A program made the translations under genes and the position numbers. From a bacterium (GTDB lineage Bacteria > CLD3 > SB21): a stretch of DNA of 53,574 nt. Within the stretch, counting starts at the first letter, position 1. Each line of letters opens with the position of its first letter. The notes under the pieces are model-generated. The model saw only the letters and a list, made by a program, of their open reading frames with translations, ran no database searches and was not told where the DNA came from. Positions 27,426 to 37,005 of this stretch are shown here, piece by piece. Location of the stretch: the NCBI GenBank assembly GCA_013360215.1, contig JABWCP010000005.1, positions 186,001 through 239,574 on the forward strand. The letters run 5' to 3'.

Positions 27426-28688
27426 TCAAAACACCACTTTCATATCCAGCGTGTCTTCTCCGCGTTTTATTTTTACACTGGTCGTTTCGCCTTTTGTAAA
27501 TTTTGACAACGCTTGCATGTATGTTTGGATATCAAAAACGACGTGCTCTCCGATTTGAACGATGACATCACCGGCTTTTAGACCTGCTACAGCCGCCGGT
27601 TTTCCGTCTGTGACACCATCCACCCGCATGCCGCCGGTAAACGCGTAATCCGGTAAAATACCAAGTGTTACTTTAAACCGGGGCGAATCACTTGCGGTAG
27701 AATTATTGCGCGTCGCCGTAAAGGCCAATTTAGGCATGGCTTCGACTTTTTCGATAATGCGCTGAATATACTCCAATACATCTTTTTGACCGTCATAATT
27801 TACTTTGTCGGCGTCATCGCTCGGTTTGTGATAATCCGGATGTGATCCTGTGAAAAAATGCAGTACGGGAATATTTTTCAAATAAAAACTGGTATGATCC
27901 GAGGGCCCAATGCCGCTGGAATCCGTTTTGATTTGAAAATCATGCGATGTATTACGAATAAGATTTTCTAATACCGGGCTTGTCCCCGTGCCATATATCA
28001 TGAGACGTCGAGCCGAATCCAAACGTCCGATCATATCCATATTAATCATAAGATGGACTTTATTGAGATCAATGCTCGGATTGGCCGTAAACGCCTTTGA
28101 TCCCAATAAACCAAGTTCTTCGCCGGAGAAGGCGATAAACAAAAAATTATATTTTTCTTTAATTTTGTTCTGCCTGTAAAAGCGAGCCAATTCAAGCAAC
28201 CCTGCCGTTCCCGATGCATTATCATCAGCGCCGTTGTGAATTTTTCCTTCCGGGTTGGGATCAAGAGACCCGCCTTGCCGACCTAGCCCGAGGTGATCGT
28301 AGTGCGCGCCGATAATGATCGTATTTTCAGCGCTATTATTCAGATAAGCAATCACGTTATACGCGGATCGTACAGGTTGCGTAGTATCTATCGCCGCATG
28401 GGGATTACTGCTATTACGCGGGCGAAATTCAAACTTTTGAAGAAATCCGTTGTTGGCGCCGTACGCTGTTAAGCCATAGCGCTTAAATTCCGATGCTATG
28501 TAACCTCGTGCTTCGGCTTCACCCGGTTCGCCGGTTCCGCGACCTTCCATTTCATCACCGCTGAGTTTTTGGACATGCCGTCTCAGGATAGATGCGTCGA
28601 TTTGTGCATATACCGGTTTAATCAAAAAAAACAAAGTTGATGCGATGAGACTGAGACGTAAAATTTTGTTACGAATGCGGCGCTTCAT
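27426..28688 (-). CDS. M28-family metallopeptidase with C-terminal PDZ domain
   Basis: GAHYDH, NGADDNASG, FSGEELGLLGS, NMDMIG, SDH, DYH; LGILPDY...PA..AGLKAGDVI PDZ. ATG at 28688. Confidence 0.92.
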   Translation of the reverse strand: MKRRIRNKILRLSLIASTLFFLIKPVYAQIDASILRRHVQKLSGDEMEGRGTGEPGEAEARGYIASEFKRYGLTAYGANNGFLQKFEFRPRNSSNPHAAIDTTQPVRSAYNVIAYLNNSAENTIIIGAHYDHLGLGRQGGSLDPNPEGKIHNGADDNASGTAGLLELARFYRQNKIKEKYNFLFIAFSGEELGLLGSKAFTANPSIDLNKVHLMINMDMIGRLDSARRLMIYGTGTSPVLENLIRNTSHDFQIKTDSSGIGPSDHTSFYLKNIPVLHFFTGSHPDYHKPSDDADKVNYDGQKDVLEYIQRIIEKVEAMPKLAFTATRNNSTASDSPRFKVTLGILPDYAFTGGMRVDGVTDGKPAAVAGLKAGDVIVQIGEHVVFDIQTYMQALSKFTKGETTSVKIKRGEDTLDMKVVF

Positions 28689-28690
28689 GA

Positions 28691-29746
28691 TCAATCCTCC
28701 CAATCGGCGATAAATAAATTAGTATCTCGTGTTCCGTTATTATTACGATTGGACGAAAAAATCAAGCGTTTCCCGTCCGGCGAAAACATGGGAAATGCAT
28801 TAAAGATGCTTTCGTGCGTAATGCGCTCCAGTCCGTTGCCGTCGAGATTGATCATATAAAGTTGAAAATCATAGCCGCGTTGGGAGTGATGATTGGATGA
28901 AAAAATTATTTTTTTTCCGGACGGGTGAAAAAACGGCGCCCAGTTGGCCTTACCAAGTTGGGTGATCTGCCGCAGATCCGAACCATCCACATTGCATGTA
29001 TAGATTTCCATATTGGTCGGTGCAACCAAACCTTGACTCAAAAGCTCTTTGTACTCTTTGATTTCATCTTCAGTTTTAGGGCGTGAAGCACGGAAAACCA
29101 GTTTTTTCCCGTCCGGCGAAAAAAAGGCCCCGCCGTCGTAACCAAGATCGTGGGTGACTTGTTTGAGTTGCGAACCGTCGGTATTCATAGTCCAAAGTTC
29201 GAGGTCTCCGGAACGCGTACTGGTAAAAACAATCTTATCACCTTGCGGTGAAACCGTCGCTTCGGCATCATAACCCGGCGTTTGTGTCAATGGTTGTAAA
29301 ATACGCCCCTCGGTATCGGCTACAAAAATGTCATACGTATCAAAAATCTGCCACAGATATTTGCGATCGCTGCGGGAGGGCGGCGGGGGCGGGCAATCCT
29401 TTCCGCCAAGATGCGTCGAAGCATAGACAATGCGCGTATCGCCTTTAAGAAAATAAGAACACGTCGTACGACCTAATCCTGTACTCAACTGTTTTGGTTT
29501 GTACATAGAATCGGCGCTTGCAATATCCATCATAAAAATCTGATCACAGGACATGCCCCACGCCGGATTATTGCTTTGAAAAGTCAACTTCTTTCCGTCA
29601 AAACTAAAATACGCTTCCGCATTGTCTCCGCCAAACGTCAATTGACGCAGGTTTTTAAGATGCTTCTCCGTTGACGGCGTTTGCGCCATCACTACGCCCG
29701 TAACCGTCAAAAGAACCCATCGCAACAGTGCACTCATTTTTTTCAT
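28691..29746 (-). CDS. TolB-like PD40 beta-propeller protein
   Basis: Signal peptide; repeated FSPDGKKLVF.S / SPQGDKIVFTSTR units; QLTFGGDNAEAYFS. Confidence 0.9.
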   Translation of the reverse strand: MKKMSALLRWVLLTVTGVVMAQTPSTEKHLKNLRQLTFGGDNAEAYFSFDGKKLTFQSNNPAWGMSCDQIFMMDIASADSMYKPKQLSTGLGRTTCSYFLKGDTRIVYASTHLGGKDCPPPPPSRSDRKYLWQIFDTYDIFVADTEGRILQPLTQTPGYDAEATVSPQGDKIVFTSTRSGDLELWTMNTDGSQLKQVTHDLGYDGGAFFSPDGKKLVFRASRPKTEDEIKEYKELLSQGLVAPTNMEIYTCNVDGSDLRQITQLGKANWAPFFHPSGKKIIFSSNHHSQRGYDFQLYMINLDGNGLERITHESIFNAFPMFSPDGKRLIFSSNRNNNGTRDTNLFIADWED

Positions 29747-29763
29747 CCCTGTTTCATATAAAG

Positions 29764-29805
29764 AAAAAAGGCACGTGACGACAAAAGAGTCATCGTGCCT
29801 TTTTT
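29764..29805. terminator. Bidirectional Rho-independent terminator
   Basis: AAAAAAGGCACG...CGTGCCTTTTTT. Confidence 0.8.
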
Positions 29806-29821
29806 AAAAATCATATTTATA

Positions 29822-30400
29822 TTAATGGAACCAGCTATTTACAAAACCAAAATCGGCTTTAAAATTGAGCGTCAATTCATCACCGGCTTCCACAGTAATT
29901 GCCGCCGGTGCAGGGTAATCGTAACCCGGGAAGTAGGGTGGTGCCGGAGCAATGTATATACCGTGGCTTACGCTATCCGGCATTTCCCAATGCACTCCGA
30001 GTGTTGCGGTTTTTTTGTCGGAGGAAACTGCACGGTTGGTACGAAATCCTACCGCCAACGCCGAGTATGTACCGGGTTCAACTTCAATTTCGTATTGATA
30101 TGTCGAGTCACCGGCCACACGGGTAAAGACAACCGGATTATTGGCGTTGTATGGCGCACCATAAGGCACGCGACCGCCAGGACCGTTTTTCCATACAGAA
30201 TCTGCAAAAATCGTAACTTCTACTTCACCGCTGTCTTCGTCAGCTTTGGTAAAACTACCGGATGCTTTCCATACGCTTACATTTTTGAAGGTTACGGTTC
30301 CTTTGATGGTAGCCGTTGTCGGCTTTTTGTCATCATCGCAGCCGGATAATATCATAATTCCTATGGCAAGGATGAGACTAAGTAATAACGTTTTTTTCAT
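29822..30400 (-). CDS. Hypothetical lipoprotein (beta-sandwich-like)
   Basis: ATG 30400; MKK + hydrophobic stretch + LSGC lipobox followed by DDDKK. Confidence 0.8.
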   Translation of the reverse strand: MKKTLLLSLILAIGIMILSGCDDDKKPTTATIKGTVTFKNVSVWKASGSFTKADEDSGEVEVTIFADSVWKNGPGGRVPYGAPYNANNPVVFTRVAGDSTYQYEIEVEPGTYSALAVGFRTNRAVSSDKKTATLGVHWEMPDSVSHGIYIAPAPPYFPGYDYPAPAAITVEAGDELTLNFKADFGFVNSWFH

Positions 30401-30442
30401 AAAATTGCCTTGTATAATGGTAGTAGGTTTAGTGACACTTGC

Positions 30443-30472
30443 AATATAGAGCCATAGAACACCTCTTGTCAA
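30443..30472 (-). promoter_or_regulatory. Putative sigma70 promoter of the lipoprotein gene
   Basis: Minus strand TTGACA-N18-TATATT. Confidence 0.55.
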
Positions 30473-30537
30473 TGCGACGAACCACCTTTTACAAATATAT
30501 TACAAACAATGAGATATGATTAAAATTTTTAAATTCT

Positions 30538-30551
30538 ATGACCAAAATCAT
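30538..30551. promoter_or_regulatory. Crp/Fnr-like palindrome ATGAC-CAAA-ATCAT
   Basis: Its reverse complement differs by one base from the site at 36959-36972. Confidence 0.4.
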
Positions 30552-30609
30552 GGTATTTTTTTAGTCCTTTTGTTGTGATTTTTTGTATGAAATCTTTACA
30601 TTACATTTA

Positions 30610-30634
30610 AACTTTGGTACAGCGATCCCGTCTA
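30610..30634 (+). promoter_or_regulatory. Putative autoregulatory ECF sigma promoter
   Basis: AAC-N16-CGTCTA directly upstream of the ECF gene, matching the general ECF -35 AAC / -10 CGT pattern. Confidence 0.6.
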
Positions 30635-30665
30635 ATAGAACACCAGGAGAAGAGAATACCGACGC

Positions 30666-31241
30666 ATGACGGATCAGGAAATCATAGCAATATTTCAATC
30701 AGCCGAAGGCGCGAAACGTGATCAGGTTTTCGGCGACATCGTGCATCGGTATCGAGAGAGACTGTATGCGATCATCATGGGTTTTACCAATGATCATGAC
30801 GAAACAGATGACTTGCTTCAGGAAACATTTATCAAGGCGTATCAGCACTTGCATACATTTCGCGCCGAAAGTTCTTTGTACACATGGCTTTGTCGCATCG
30901 CAATCAATCTTTCGATTTCATATACGCGCAAAAGAAAATTGCGTCAGTTTTTCAGCGTAGATGCGATGGAAGAAATTTTACCATCCGGACAAGATGGGCC
31001 GGACGCGACAACGGAAAAAACGGAACTGCGAAAGCATATCAAAAGAGCCGTTGATCAGTTATCGGAAAAACAAAAAAAGGTTTTTATTTTGCGTTATTAT
31101 GATGAACTCAGCCATGCTGAAATTGCACAAATAACCGGAAATTCCGAAGGAACAATCAAAGCCAATTTTTTTCATGCGATGAATAAAGTACAGGCGTATT
31201 TAGAAAAACATTATTTTGAAAAAGGAAAACCCCATGCGTGA
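30666..31241 (+). CDS. ECF (sigma-70 family) RNA polymerase sigma factor
   Basis: DDLLQETFIKAY...F...SSLYTWL.RIA.N (region 2); LS..EIA.I....EGTIK (region 4). Confidence 0.93.
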   Translation: MTDQEIIAIFQSAEGAKRDQVFGDIVHRYRERLYAIIMGFTNDHDETDDLLQETFIKAYQHLHTFRAESSLYTWLCRIAINLSISYTRKRKLRQFFSVDAMEEILPSGQDGPDATTEKTELRKHIKRAVDQLSEKQKKVFILRYYDELSHAEIAQITGNSEGTIKANFFHAMNKVQAYLEKHYFEKGKPHA

Positions 31242-31818
31242 CGAATGGGTAGCTTACCACAAAAACAAATTGTCGCCGGACGCGCGACGCCGGTTTGACG
31301 AAAACCTAATTTCCGATCCCTCTGAAAACGAGGCCTTTCAGAAATTCAGTCGCGTTGCGGAAGCTTTAGAATCGGCTCGTCCGGTCACGCCTGAAGGATA
31401 TTGGCGAAACTTCAACGTACACCTGATGGATAGGATCGCCGAAAAACGTAAACCCCGTTTTTCTTTTTCTTGGAAACTTGCCATTCCTGCGATAGCGACA
31501 GCCGCTTTGGCTGTTTTTTTCCTCGTTCCGCTTAACACAGACGACACAACGGCTGTGCATCCGGACGTGTGGAATGATTTAGCGTCTTCACTCGAATCCA
31601 TGGAAACGTCCTCCGCGTTCGAGTCGGGCGCCGATATACAGATCGCATCCGAAGATGTCGAAGAAACAATGGTGACAGCCGACGAATGGCATGATTTTTC
31701 AAGTGCTCTGGAATCTATTCGTTTTTCAGTCAATGAAACCAACGCCGACGGCACGGTTTGGGATAAAAGCGCCAAAGAAGAATTACTCAAAACACTCGAT
31801 CAAACATCTATAATCTAA
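31234..31818 (+). CDS. Probable single-TM anti-sigma factor
   Basis: Overlaps the ECF stop; P.GYW.NF...L..RI followed by one TM helix and an acidic tail. Confidence 0.7.
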   Translation: MRDEWVAYHKNKLSPDARRRFDENLISDPSENEAFQKFSRVAEALESARPVTPEGYWRNFNVHLMDRIAEKRKPRFSFSWKLAIPAIATAALAVFFLVPLNTDDTTAVHPDVWNDLASSLESMETSSAFESGADIQIASEDVEETMVTADEWHDFSSALESIRFSVNETNADGTVWDKSAKEELLKTLDQTSII

Positions 31819-31834
31819 TAATTCAATCATAGGT

Positions 31835-32362
31835 ATGCGCATGAAACTTTTTACGATCCTTGGTGTAACTCTGATTCTCGGGACTTCAGGTGTATCTCTG
31901 CACGCGCAGGAAGACGCTGAGTTCAAAGAACGGATCATCGAAATCAAAAAGAAGAAACTGCTCGAATCCCTTGCACTTTCTAAAGACAAGGAAAACCAGT
32001 TTCTCAAAGTGTATGACGAATATTTCGATAAGCGCCGCGACCTCAATCGCGAACGTAAGGCCGTTATGAAACGTATCGCTCATATGTCACAGCTTCAGGC
32101 GGATGACATTCAGGGCGATAAAGTGACCAAAGCTATCGAAGAGCTCGGTTATGTCGAACGTAAAATCGTAGATCAACGTCAACGCACCGTCGAACAGCTG
32201 CGCGGCACTCTGACTGAACCCGAATTAGCAAAATTTGTGATTTTCGAACAGAATTTCCCAATCCGCATGCGGGAAATGATCTTTGATATCCGCGCCCGGA
32301 AACATAAAGACAAGGACATGCGCATGTTTATACCGCCGGGCGAGGACGATTTATTGGATTAA
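31835..32362 (+). CDS. Periplasmic Spy/CpxP-like helical protein
   Basis: Signal peptide, L.LS.....F...Y, LT..ELAKF (LTxxQ-like); third gene of the ECF operon. Confidence 0.7.
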   Translation: MRMKLFTILGVTLILGTSGVSLHAQEDAEFKERIIEIKKKKLLESLALSKDKENQFLKVYDEYFDKRRDLNRERKAVMKRIAHMSQLQADDIQGDKVTKAIEELGYVERKIVDQRQRTVEQLRGTLTEPELAKFVIFEQNFPIRMREMIFDIRARKHKDKDMRMFIPPGEDDLLD

Positions 32363-32537
32363 ATGAGGTAGGTCACAACTTATATTTTGGCAGGATAATA
32401 TCGAGACACAAAAATTACCTTCGCACACTTAACTGAAGGAAATCGAAGCGTAGATGTAAACACAACATCAATCTACAATTCACCGTTTTACACCAAAAGC
32501 AAAATATCGGGATAAGTATAAAACTGTAATCTAAAAC

Positions 32538-34037
32538 TTATTTCTTGTCGTTATGACAATCGTAACAACTCATTTCCTGCCACGCTTTATCCACATTAAC
32601 CGGATGGCGGTAATTCAAACCCTGCATTGAAACCTCTTGTTTGTCATTTTCAAACTTCTGCGCAAGCAACGTGTGGCAAACATTACAATCCCGTGAAATC
32701 ACTTTACCATCATCGCTTTTGTGTTTGCCGTCATGACAACGGAAACATCCTGCGGCATACATATGTCCTATATTATCCGGATAACCACGCCAGTCAGCAC
32801 GCATTTCAGGAAAATAATTACGACTGTATATTTTTTGCGTTTCCTGTATCGCTTTATCCACCTTAGCGGATTGATGTTTAGAAATATCAGGATAATTTTG
32901 ACTGTAAAAATCCCGTATCACAATCGCGATGCTGTCCATCGCTCGGGATGTAGATGTATAAGGTATCTCCAACGCTTTGATAGAAATGTTTTTGGCATAC
33001 GGCAATGACGGATCAATCCAACCGAGCTGCATATATTGATTGACCTGATTAGCCGGATGGTTGTATTTATGGCTTGGACGATTGTGGCAATCTATACAAT
33101 CCATGCGGCGCGTTTCATGGTTTTTCAACTCAGCTTCTGAAATTTTGTTCTCCGTGGATTGATATACAGTTTCTTTCCCCGTTTTTTTATCGCGAATACG
33201 GACCCATGGAATTTCCTGACGTTTGTGATCGGTAGAGACATAGTCCACTTCATTGGCAATATTCATGTGCCAGTGAATACCGTCGGTGTTACCGGACAGT
33301 TCATTGCCACCGCCGATGCGCATAAGTAAATTCAGCGTCCATTTGGTATTGTTCTCATCTGAAACGTAATACGTAAGGGCGCGTTGCTTTTCACTGAAAA
33401 AATGGCGTGGCCAGTGGCACTGTTCGCATGTTTGTTGTGCGGGACGCAGATTCTCAATGGGCGTCGGTATCGGTTTAGAAAATTTATTAAAAAGCACCGA
33501 ATATACCTGATACGCACCGGAAATTTTAGCTTTAACAAACCATTCCGCACCGGAGCCTATGTGACACTCGGCACATGGGACGCGTGCATGCGGTGAATGC
33601 GCATAGGCCGTATATTCGGGGTGCATGACATTATGGCAAACTTCACCACAAAACTGTACCGAATCCGAATATTCTAAAACTTCCATACTGCCAAACGCCG
33701 ATAAACCGAGCAAAATAATCGTTCCGAAAAAAAACACGGCGGTTGCGCGGCGATGACGCGGATCATTGAGGTCTATGTGTGGTAGATGTCCTTCGGAGGG
33801 TGTTCCGCGCGCAATACGTTTCTTTTCGCGCCATGCGCCATATGCAATCATCAATAAACCGAGTATCAGAAACGCCGGCGCTACCATGAAAGTAAAAATA
33901 CCCATGTACGGATTGCTATGATCCGCCGTAAATTCGATAAGAAAAAGGAAAATAAAGACGGCAAAACTAGTAACCGACAATGCGGCGCCACTCATACTTA
34001 CCATATTATAGAGTGACGGAGGAAATAATCGTCTCAT
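32538..34037 (-). CDS. Membrane-anchored multiheme cytochrome c, NapC/NirT domain (ImcH-like)
   Basis: Three N-terminal TM helices; heme motifs CGEVCH (CX3CH), CAECH, CEQCH, CIDCH, CFRCH, CNVCH, CYDCH. Confidence 0.85.
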   Translation of the reverse strand: MRRLFPPSLYNMVSMSGAALSVTSFAVFIFLFLIEFTADHSNPYMGIFTFMVAPAFLILGLLMIAYGAWREKKRIARGTPSEGHLPHIDLNDPRHRRATAVFFFGTIILLGLSAFGSMEVLEYSDSVQFCGEVCHNVMHPEYTAYAHSPHARVPCAECHIGSGAEWFVKAKISGAYQVYSVLFNKFSKPIPTPIENLRPAQQTCEQCHWPRHFFSEKQRALTYYVSDENNTKWTLNLLMRIGGGNELSGNTDGIHWHMNIANEVDYVSTDHKRQEIPWVRIRDKKTGKETVYQSTENKISEAELKNHETRRMDCIDCHNRPSHKYNHPANQVNQYMQLGWIDPSLPYAKNISIKALEIPYTSTSRAMDSIAIVIRDFYSQNYPDISKHQSAKVDKAIQETQKIYSRNYFPEMRADWRGYPDNIGHMYAAGCFRCHDGKHKSDDGKVISRDCNVCHTLLAQKFENDKQEVSMQGLNYRHPVNVDKAWQEMSCYDCHNDKK

Positions 34038-34049
34038 AGTTCGGCTCCG

Positions 34050-36284
34050 TCAGTTTTTAGTATTATTGGTGTTATTATCATTGGCCGGAGCGTCGGTTTT
34101 AGTATCAGGTACATTTTCCTGCTCAACGCGAATGACTTCATCCTGAGGACGGTTAGCTTCTTCTGATTTTTTGATAGCTTCAAGTTCCAACGGATGTTCA
34201 TGAGCCATTTCTTTTTCAGAGATTTTACCCGTTAACCAAGCTAAACTCATCGGATATACGTCAGGATTGAAAATGACAAAGTAAAAGTGCCATACGATGA
34301 TCGCCAGTGTAGCCAAAATCGCTTCATAGAAGTGAATGATACGTGACACATCCCAGCCCAACTTGGTGATCATGTCAATGGACTGCACTTCAAACCAAAG
34401 AATTGTACCGGTCAAGGCCATCACGATCGTCCCCCACACCAAAGCCCAATATTCGCTCTTTTCGACATAACTGAAGCGACCCAAGCGTGGTTTGTCTTTA
34501 CTTATACCAAGATTATATTTGAGAATACCGACAGCATCAGCCCAATCTTTTTTACAGAACCACAGATCTTTGACCAACTGGCGTCCGCGCACCGTAAAAA
34601 TGATATACCAGAGATGGTACAAACTTACGACAACCATCGCGATACCTGCAACGCGGTGCAATATACTGCGTGCCTCAAAGGCATATTCGCTAAGGCTACG
34701 GATGCCAACTACCCACCATGCATCGGGATACCGCAGCATAAAGCCGGTAATCACAAGCATTATGAAACTCAAAGCCATCGTGCCGTGCTGAAGTCGCTCA
34801 GAAGCCGTCATGCGAACATACAGACCCCGACCATGATGTTCTTCTTCATGCAGTTCTCCGCGTTGAATGGCCAGCTTACGACGCACTTTACGATGGATAT
34901 CTATGATATTGTGCAGAGCCATACCGCCGACAACCACGAAAATTAAAATCAGATAAATCGTAGCCACATACCAAAGTAACGGATCATCCGCTTTCTTTTC
35001 TTCGGAAGAGTGCACCGACCCGATTGTAAAACGATCGCCGGCACCCGGGTGACACTTGCCGCACGTTTTGACTAAATTGGCTTTTGAAATCGTGGAAGTC
35101 GAATCTTTAGCTTGTTTGATATTATGTGCACCGTGACAACTTGCGCAGTTGACGACTTCCAATGCCCCGCCGCGTACCGATAGACCGTGATAACTATCGG
35201 AGAATGTTTGAAAACGATCCGAAGCGATACCATATTTTTTCGATAGCTTTACCGATGCATGGCAGGTACCGCACACTTGCTGCGAAACATTGCGAGACGA
35301 TACCGGCGACTTAGGATCATCGTGTTTTAAAATATCGTGTTCACCGTGACAGTCCGTACAACCCGGCGCATCCTTACTGCCTTTGTGCAACATATTTCCA
35401 TGAATACTGCTATTATAGTCATTGGCAATATCTTTATGACATTTCGCGCATGTTTCGGGAATATGCATTTTGTTGACGGGCGAATTATCTACGATGGCCT
35501 TATTCATCGTGTGACTGCCGTGGCAATCTACACAGTTGGCCGCCTCCGCTTTTCCATTTTTTAAAGCCTGACCGTGTACGCTTTTTTCAAAACTGCGAAC
35601 AAACTGCGCACCGAGCAATGTTTTCGATGAAACTTCCTGATTATCCACGTGACAACTCATACATACCTTGGCTTGCGCCACTTTGAGTTGTAGCGAATCC
35701 ATGCCCGCTGCGATGTGCGTAATATTGCTGGAGTGACATTGGATACAAGTCGGCGCATTTTTATCGCCACGCTTTTGCGCTTCGGCATGAGCGGAATGAA
35801 TAAAATCTTCTTTTACATCCTTGTGGCACGAACCGCAACCATTGACCAGATTATCTTTATGAAAAATATTTCCCGGTACTTTTGTCGAAGCCACGTCGTG
35901 TGTGCCGTGACATGTTTTACAGTTGGCATCATCGCTCCACCCTGTACCTTTGGTTGCCATGATATTGGGGTGAAATGCATGTTTGGTTAATTCTTTATTA
36001 TGGCAGGAAACACAATTCACCGGCGTGATTTTTTCTTTGTGCGGAATTTCTTCCGGATCAAATCCGGTATGGCACGCGATACAGTTGACTTTAGCGTGTG
36101 CCGATTTACCTCGGATTTTTTCATCCACAAAAAGCGAAATCTTTTTACCCGCCTTTTTTTTGCTGAGCGACTCGTCGGAGTGGCATTCCATACAATCATC
36201 GTTGGACTGAGCCTTGAGCGAAAAGCCAGCGAATAAAAAAATCACGGTAAGAATGGTGTTTAAAATACGGCGTGAGAAAACCAT
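34050..36284 (-). CDS. Multiheme cytochrome c fused to a cytochrome b membrane domain (CbcL-like)
   Basis: Signal peptide, 13 CxxCH motifs, then TM helices with conserved His (RLQH, ILHR, LYH, IIHFYEA, VWHFY) and EK.EYWA..WGT. Confidence 0.87.
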   Translation of the reverse strand: MVFSRRILNTILTVIFLFAGFSLKAQSNDDCMECHSDESLSKKKAGKKISLFVDEKIRGKSAHAKVNCIACHTGFDPEEIPHKEKITPVNCVSCHNKELTKHAFHPNIMATKGTGWSDDANCKTCHGTHDVASTKVPGNIFHKDNLVNGCGSCHKDVKEDFIHSAHAEAQKRGDKNAPTCIQCHSSNITHIAAGMDSLQLKVAQAKVCMSCHVDNQEVSSKTLLGAQFVRSFEKSVHGQALKNGKAEAANCVDCHGSHTMNKAIVDNSPVNKMHIPETCAKCHKDIANDYNSSIHGNMLHKGSKDAPGCTDCHGEHDILKHDDPKSPVSSRNVSQQVCGTCHASVKLSKKYGIASDRFQTFSDSYHGLSVRGGALEVVNCASCHGAHNIKQAKDSTSTISKANLVKTCGKCHPGAGDRFTIGSVHSSEEKKADDPLLWYVATIYLILIFVVVGGMALHNIIDIHRKVRRKLAIQRGELHEEEHHGRGLYVRMTASERLQHGTMALSFIMLVITGFMLRYPDAWWVVGIRSLSEYAFEARSILHRVAGIAMVVVSLYHLWYIIFTVRGRQLVKDLWFCKKDWADAVGILKYNLGISKDKPRLGRFSYVEKSEYWALVWGTIVMALTGTILWFEVQSIDMITKLGWDVSRIIHFYEAILATLAIIVWHFYFVIFNPDVYPMSLAWLTGKISEKEMAHEHPLELEAIKKSEEANRPQDEVIRVEQENVPDTKTDAPANDNNTNNTKN

Positions 36285-36425
36285 AACATGCCTGCTGTCT
36301 TTATATTTCAGAATGGATTTTTATGATTACCAAACTACCGTTTTTTATAACGGCAGCTGTTTTTCCAGTACAGGCTGTTTTCCGATTTGTAAAGTTCAAT
36401 ACGTAGTAAACGGCCTGTTTTTTAT

Positions 36426-36466
36426 AAAAAAAAGAATCTGGCCAAAACGGGTTCGGCCAGATTCTT
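36426..36466 (-). terminator. Rho-independent terminator
   Basis: AAGAATCTGGCC...GGCCAGATTCTT stem with a U-tract on the minus strand. Confidence 0.8.
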
Positions 36467-36493
36467 ATATCGCATATATATGAACTGTACGGG

Positions 36494-36862
36494 TTATTGT
36501 TTCGTTTTCTGTTCGACCAACCACGCGGCTAATGTCTTCAGTTCGTCTTCCGTACCTTTGAACTTTTTCATGTGTTTTTTGCCGTTGATGGCTTCAAGTT
36601 TTTGAAGATACTTGGCAATAAACTCAGCATCTTTTTCAAGACCGACGCCGGAAAGATCAGGAGCTTTGTTTTCCTCCGCTTCTTCGCCTTCGGCTTTTTT
36701 AGCTTCGATACCTATGTTTTTGACCGCATGGCACGACATACATTTATTGGCTTCAAAAATAGCCTTTCCGTCCGCAGGTTTGGCCTCTTGTGCATTGATT
36801 TGCGCTACATTTACAAACATTACTAATAAACCAAAAGCGGCGATAAATATGAGTTTTTTCAT
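36494..36862 (-). CDS. Periplasmic monoheme cytochrome c (copy 2)
   Basis: AGGAG RBS and ATG 36862, signal peptide, CMSCH, PDLSGVG, KKHM. Confidence 0.9.
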   Translation of the reverse strand: MKKLIFIAAFGLLVMFVNVAQINAQEAKPADGKAIFEANKCMSCHAVKNIGIEAKKAEGEEAEENKAPDLSGVGLEKDAEFIAKYLQKLEAINGKKHMKKFKGTEDELKTLAAWLVEQKTKQ

Positions 36863-36958
36863 AGTATTGCAAACTCCTCTTAAATGTTTTTCTATCAATT
36901 AAATATACATTAGTTTCATTGTTCACAGTCATACTATGTAAAAATTATGTAAAGAAAC

Positions 36959-36972
36959 ATGATTTTCGTCAT
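36959..36972 (-). promoter_or_regulatory. Crp/Fnr-like palindrome ATGAT-TTTC-GTCAT at a class II position
   Basis: Centre 36965.5 is -41.5 if minus-strand TAGTAT (36936-36931) is the -10 element. Confidence 0.55.
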
Positions 36973-37005
36973 CTTGATAATTTTTGGTATATCTCGTAAG
37001 TGCTT

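Noticed and set aside
30666-32362. ECF sigma / anti-sigma / Spy-like triad as a novel system
   Set aside because: A common arrangement in FCB-group genomes; recorded as features only.
36357-36421. Three CTGTTTT direct repeats upstream of the CbcL-like gene
   Set aside because: Low-complexity, unevenly spaced and in AT-rich DNA.
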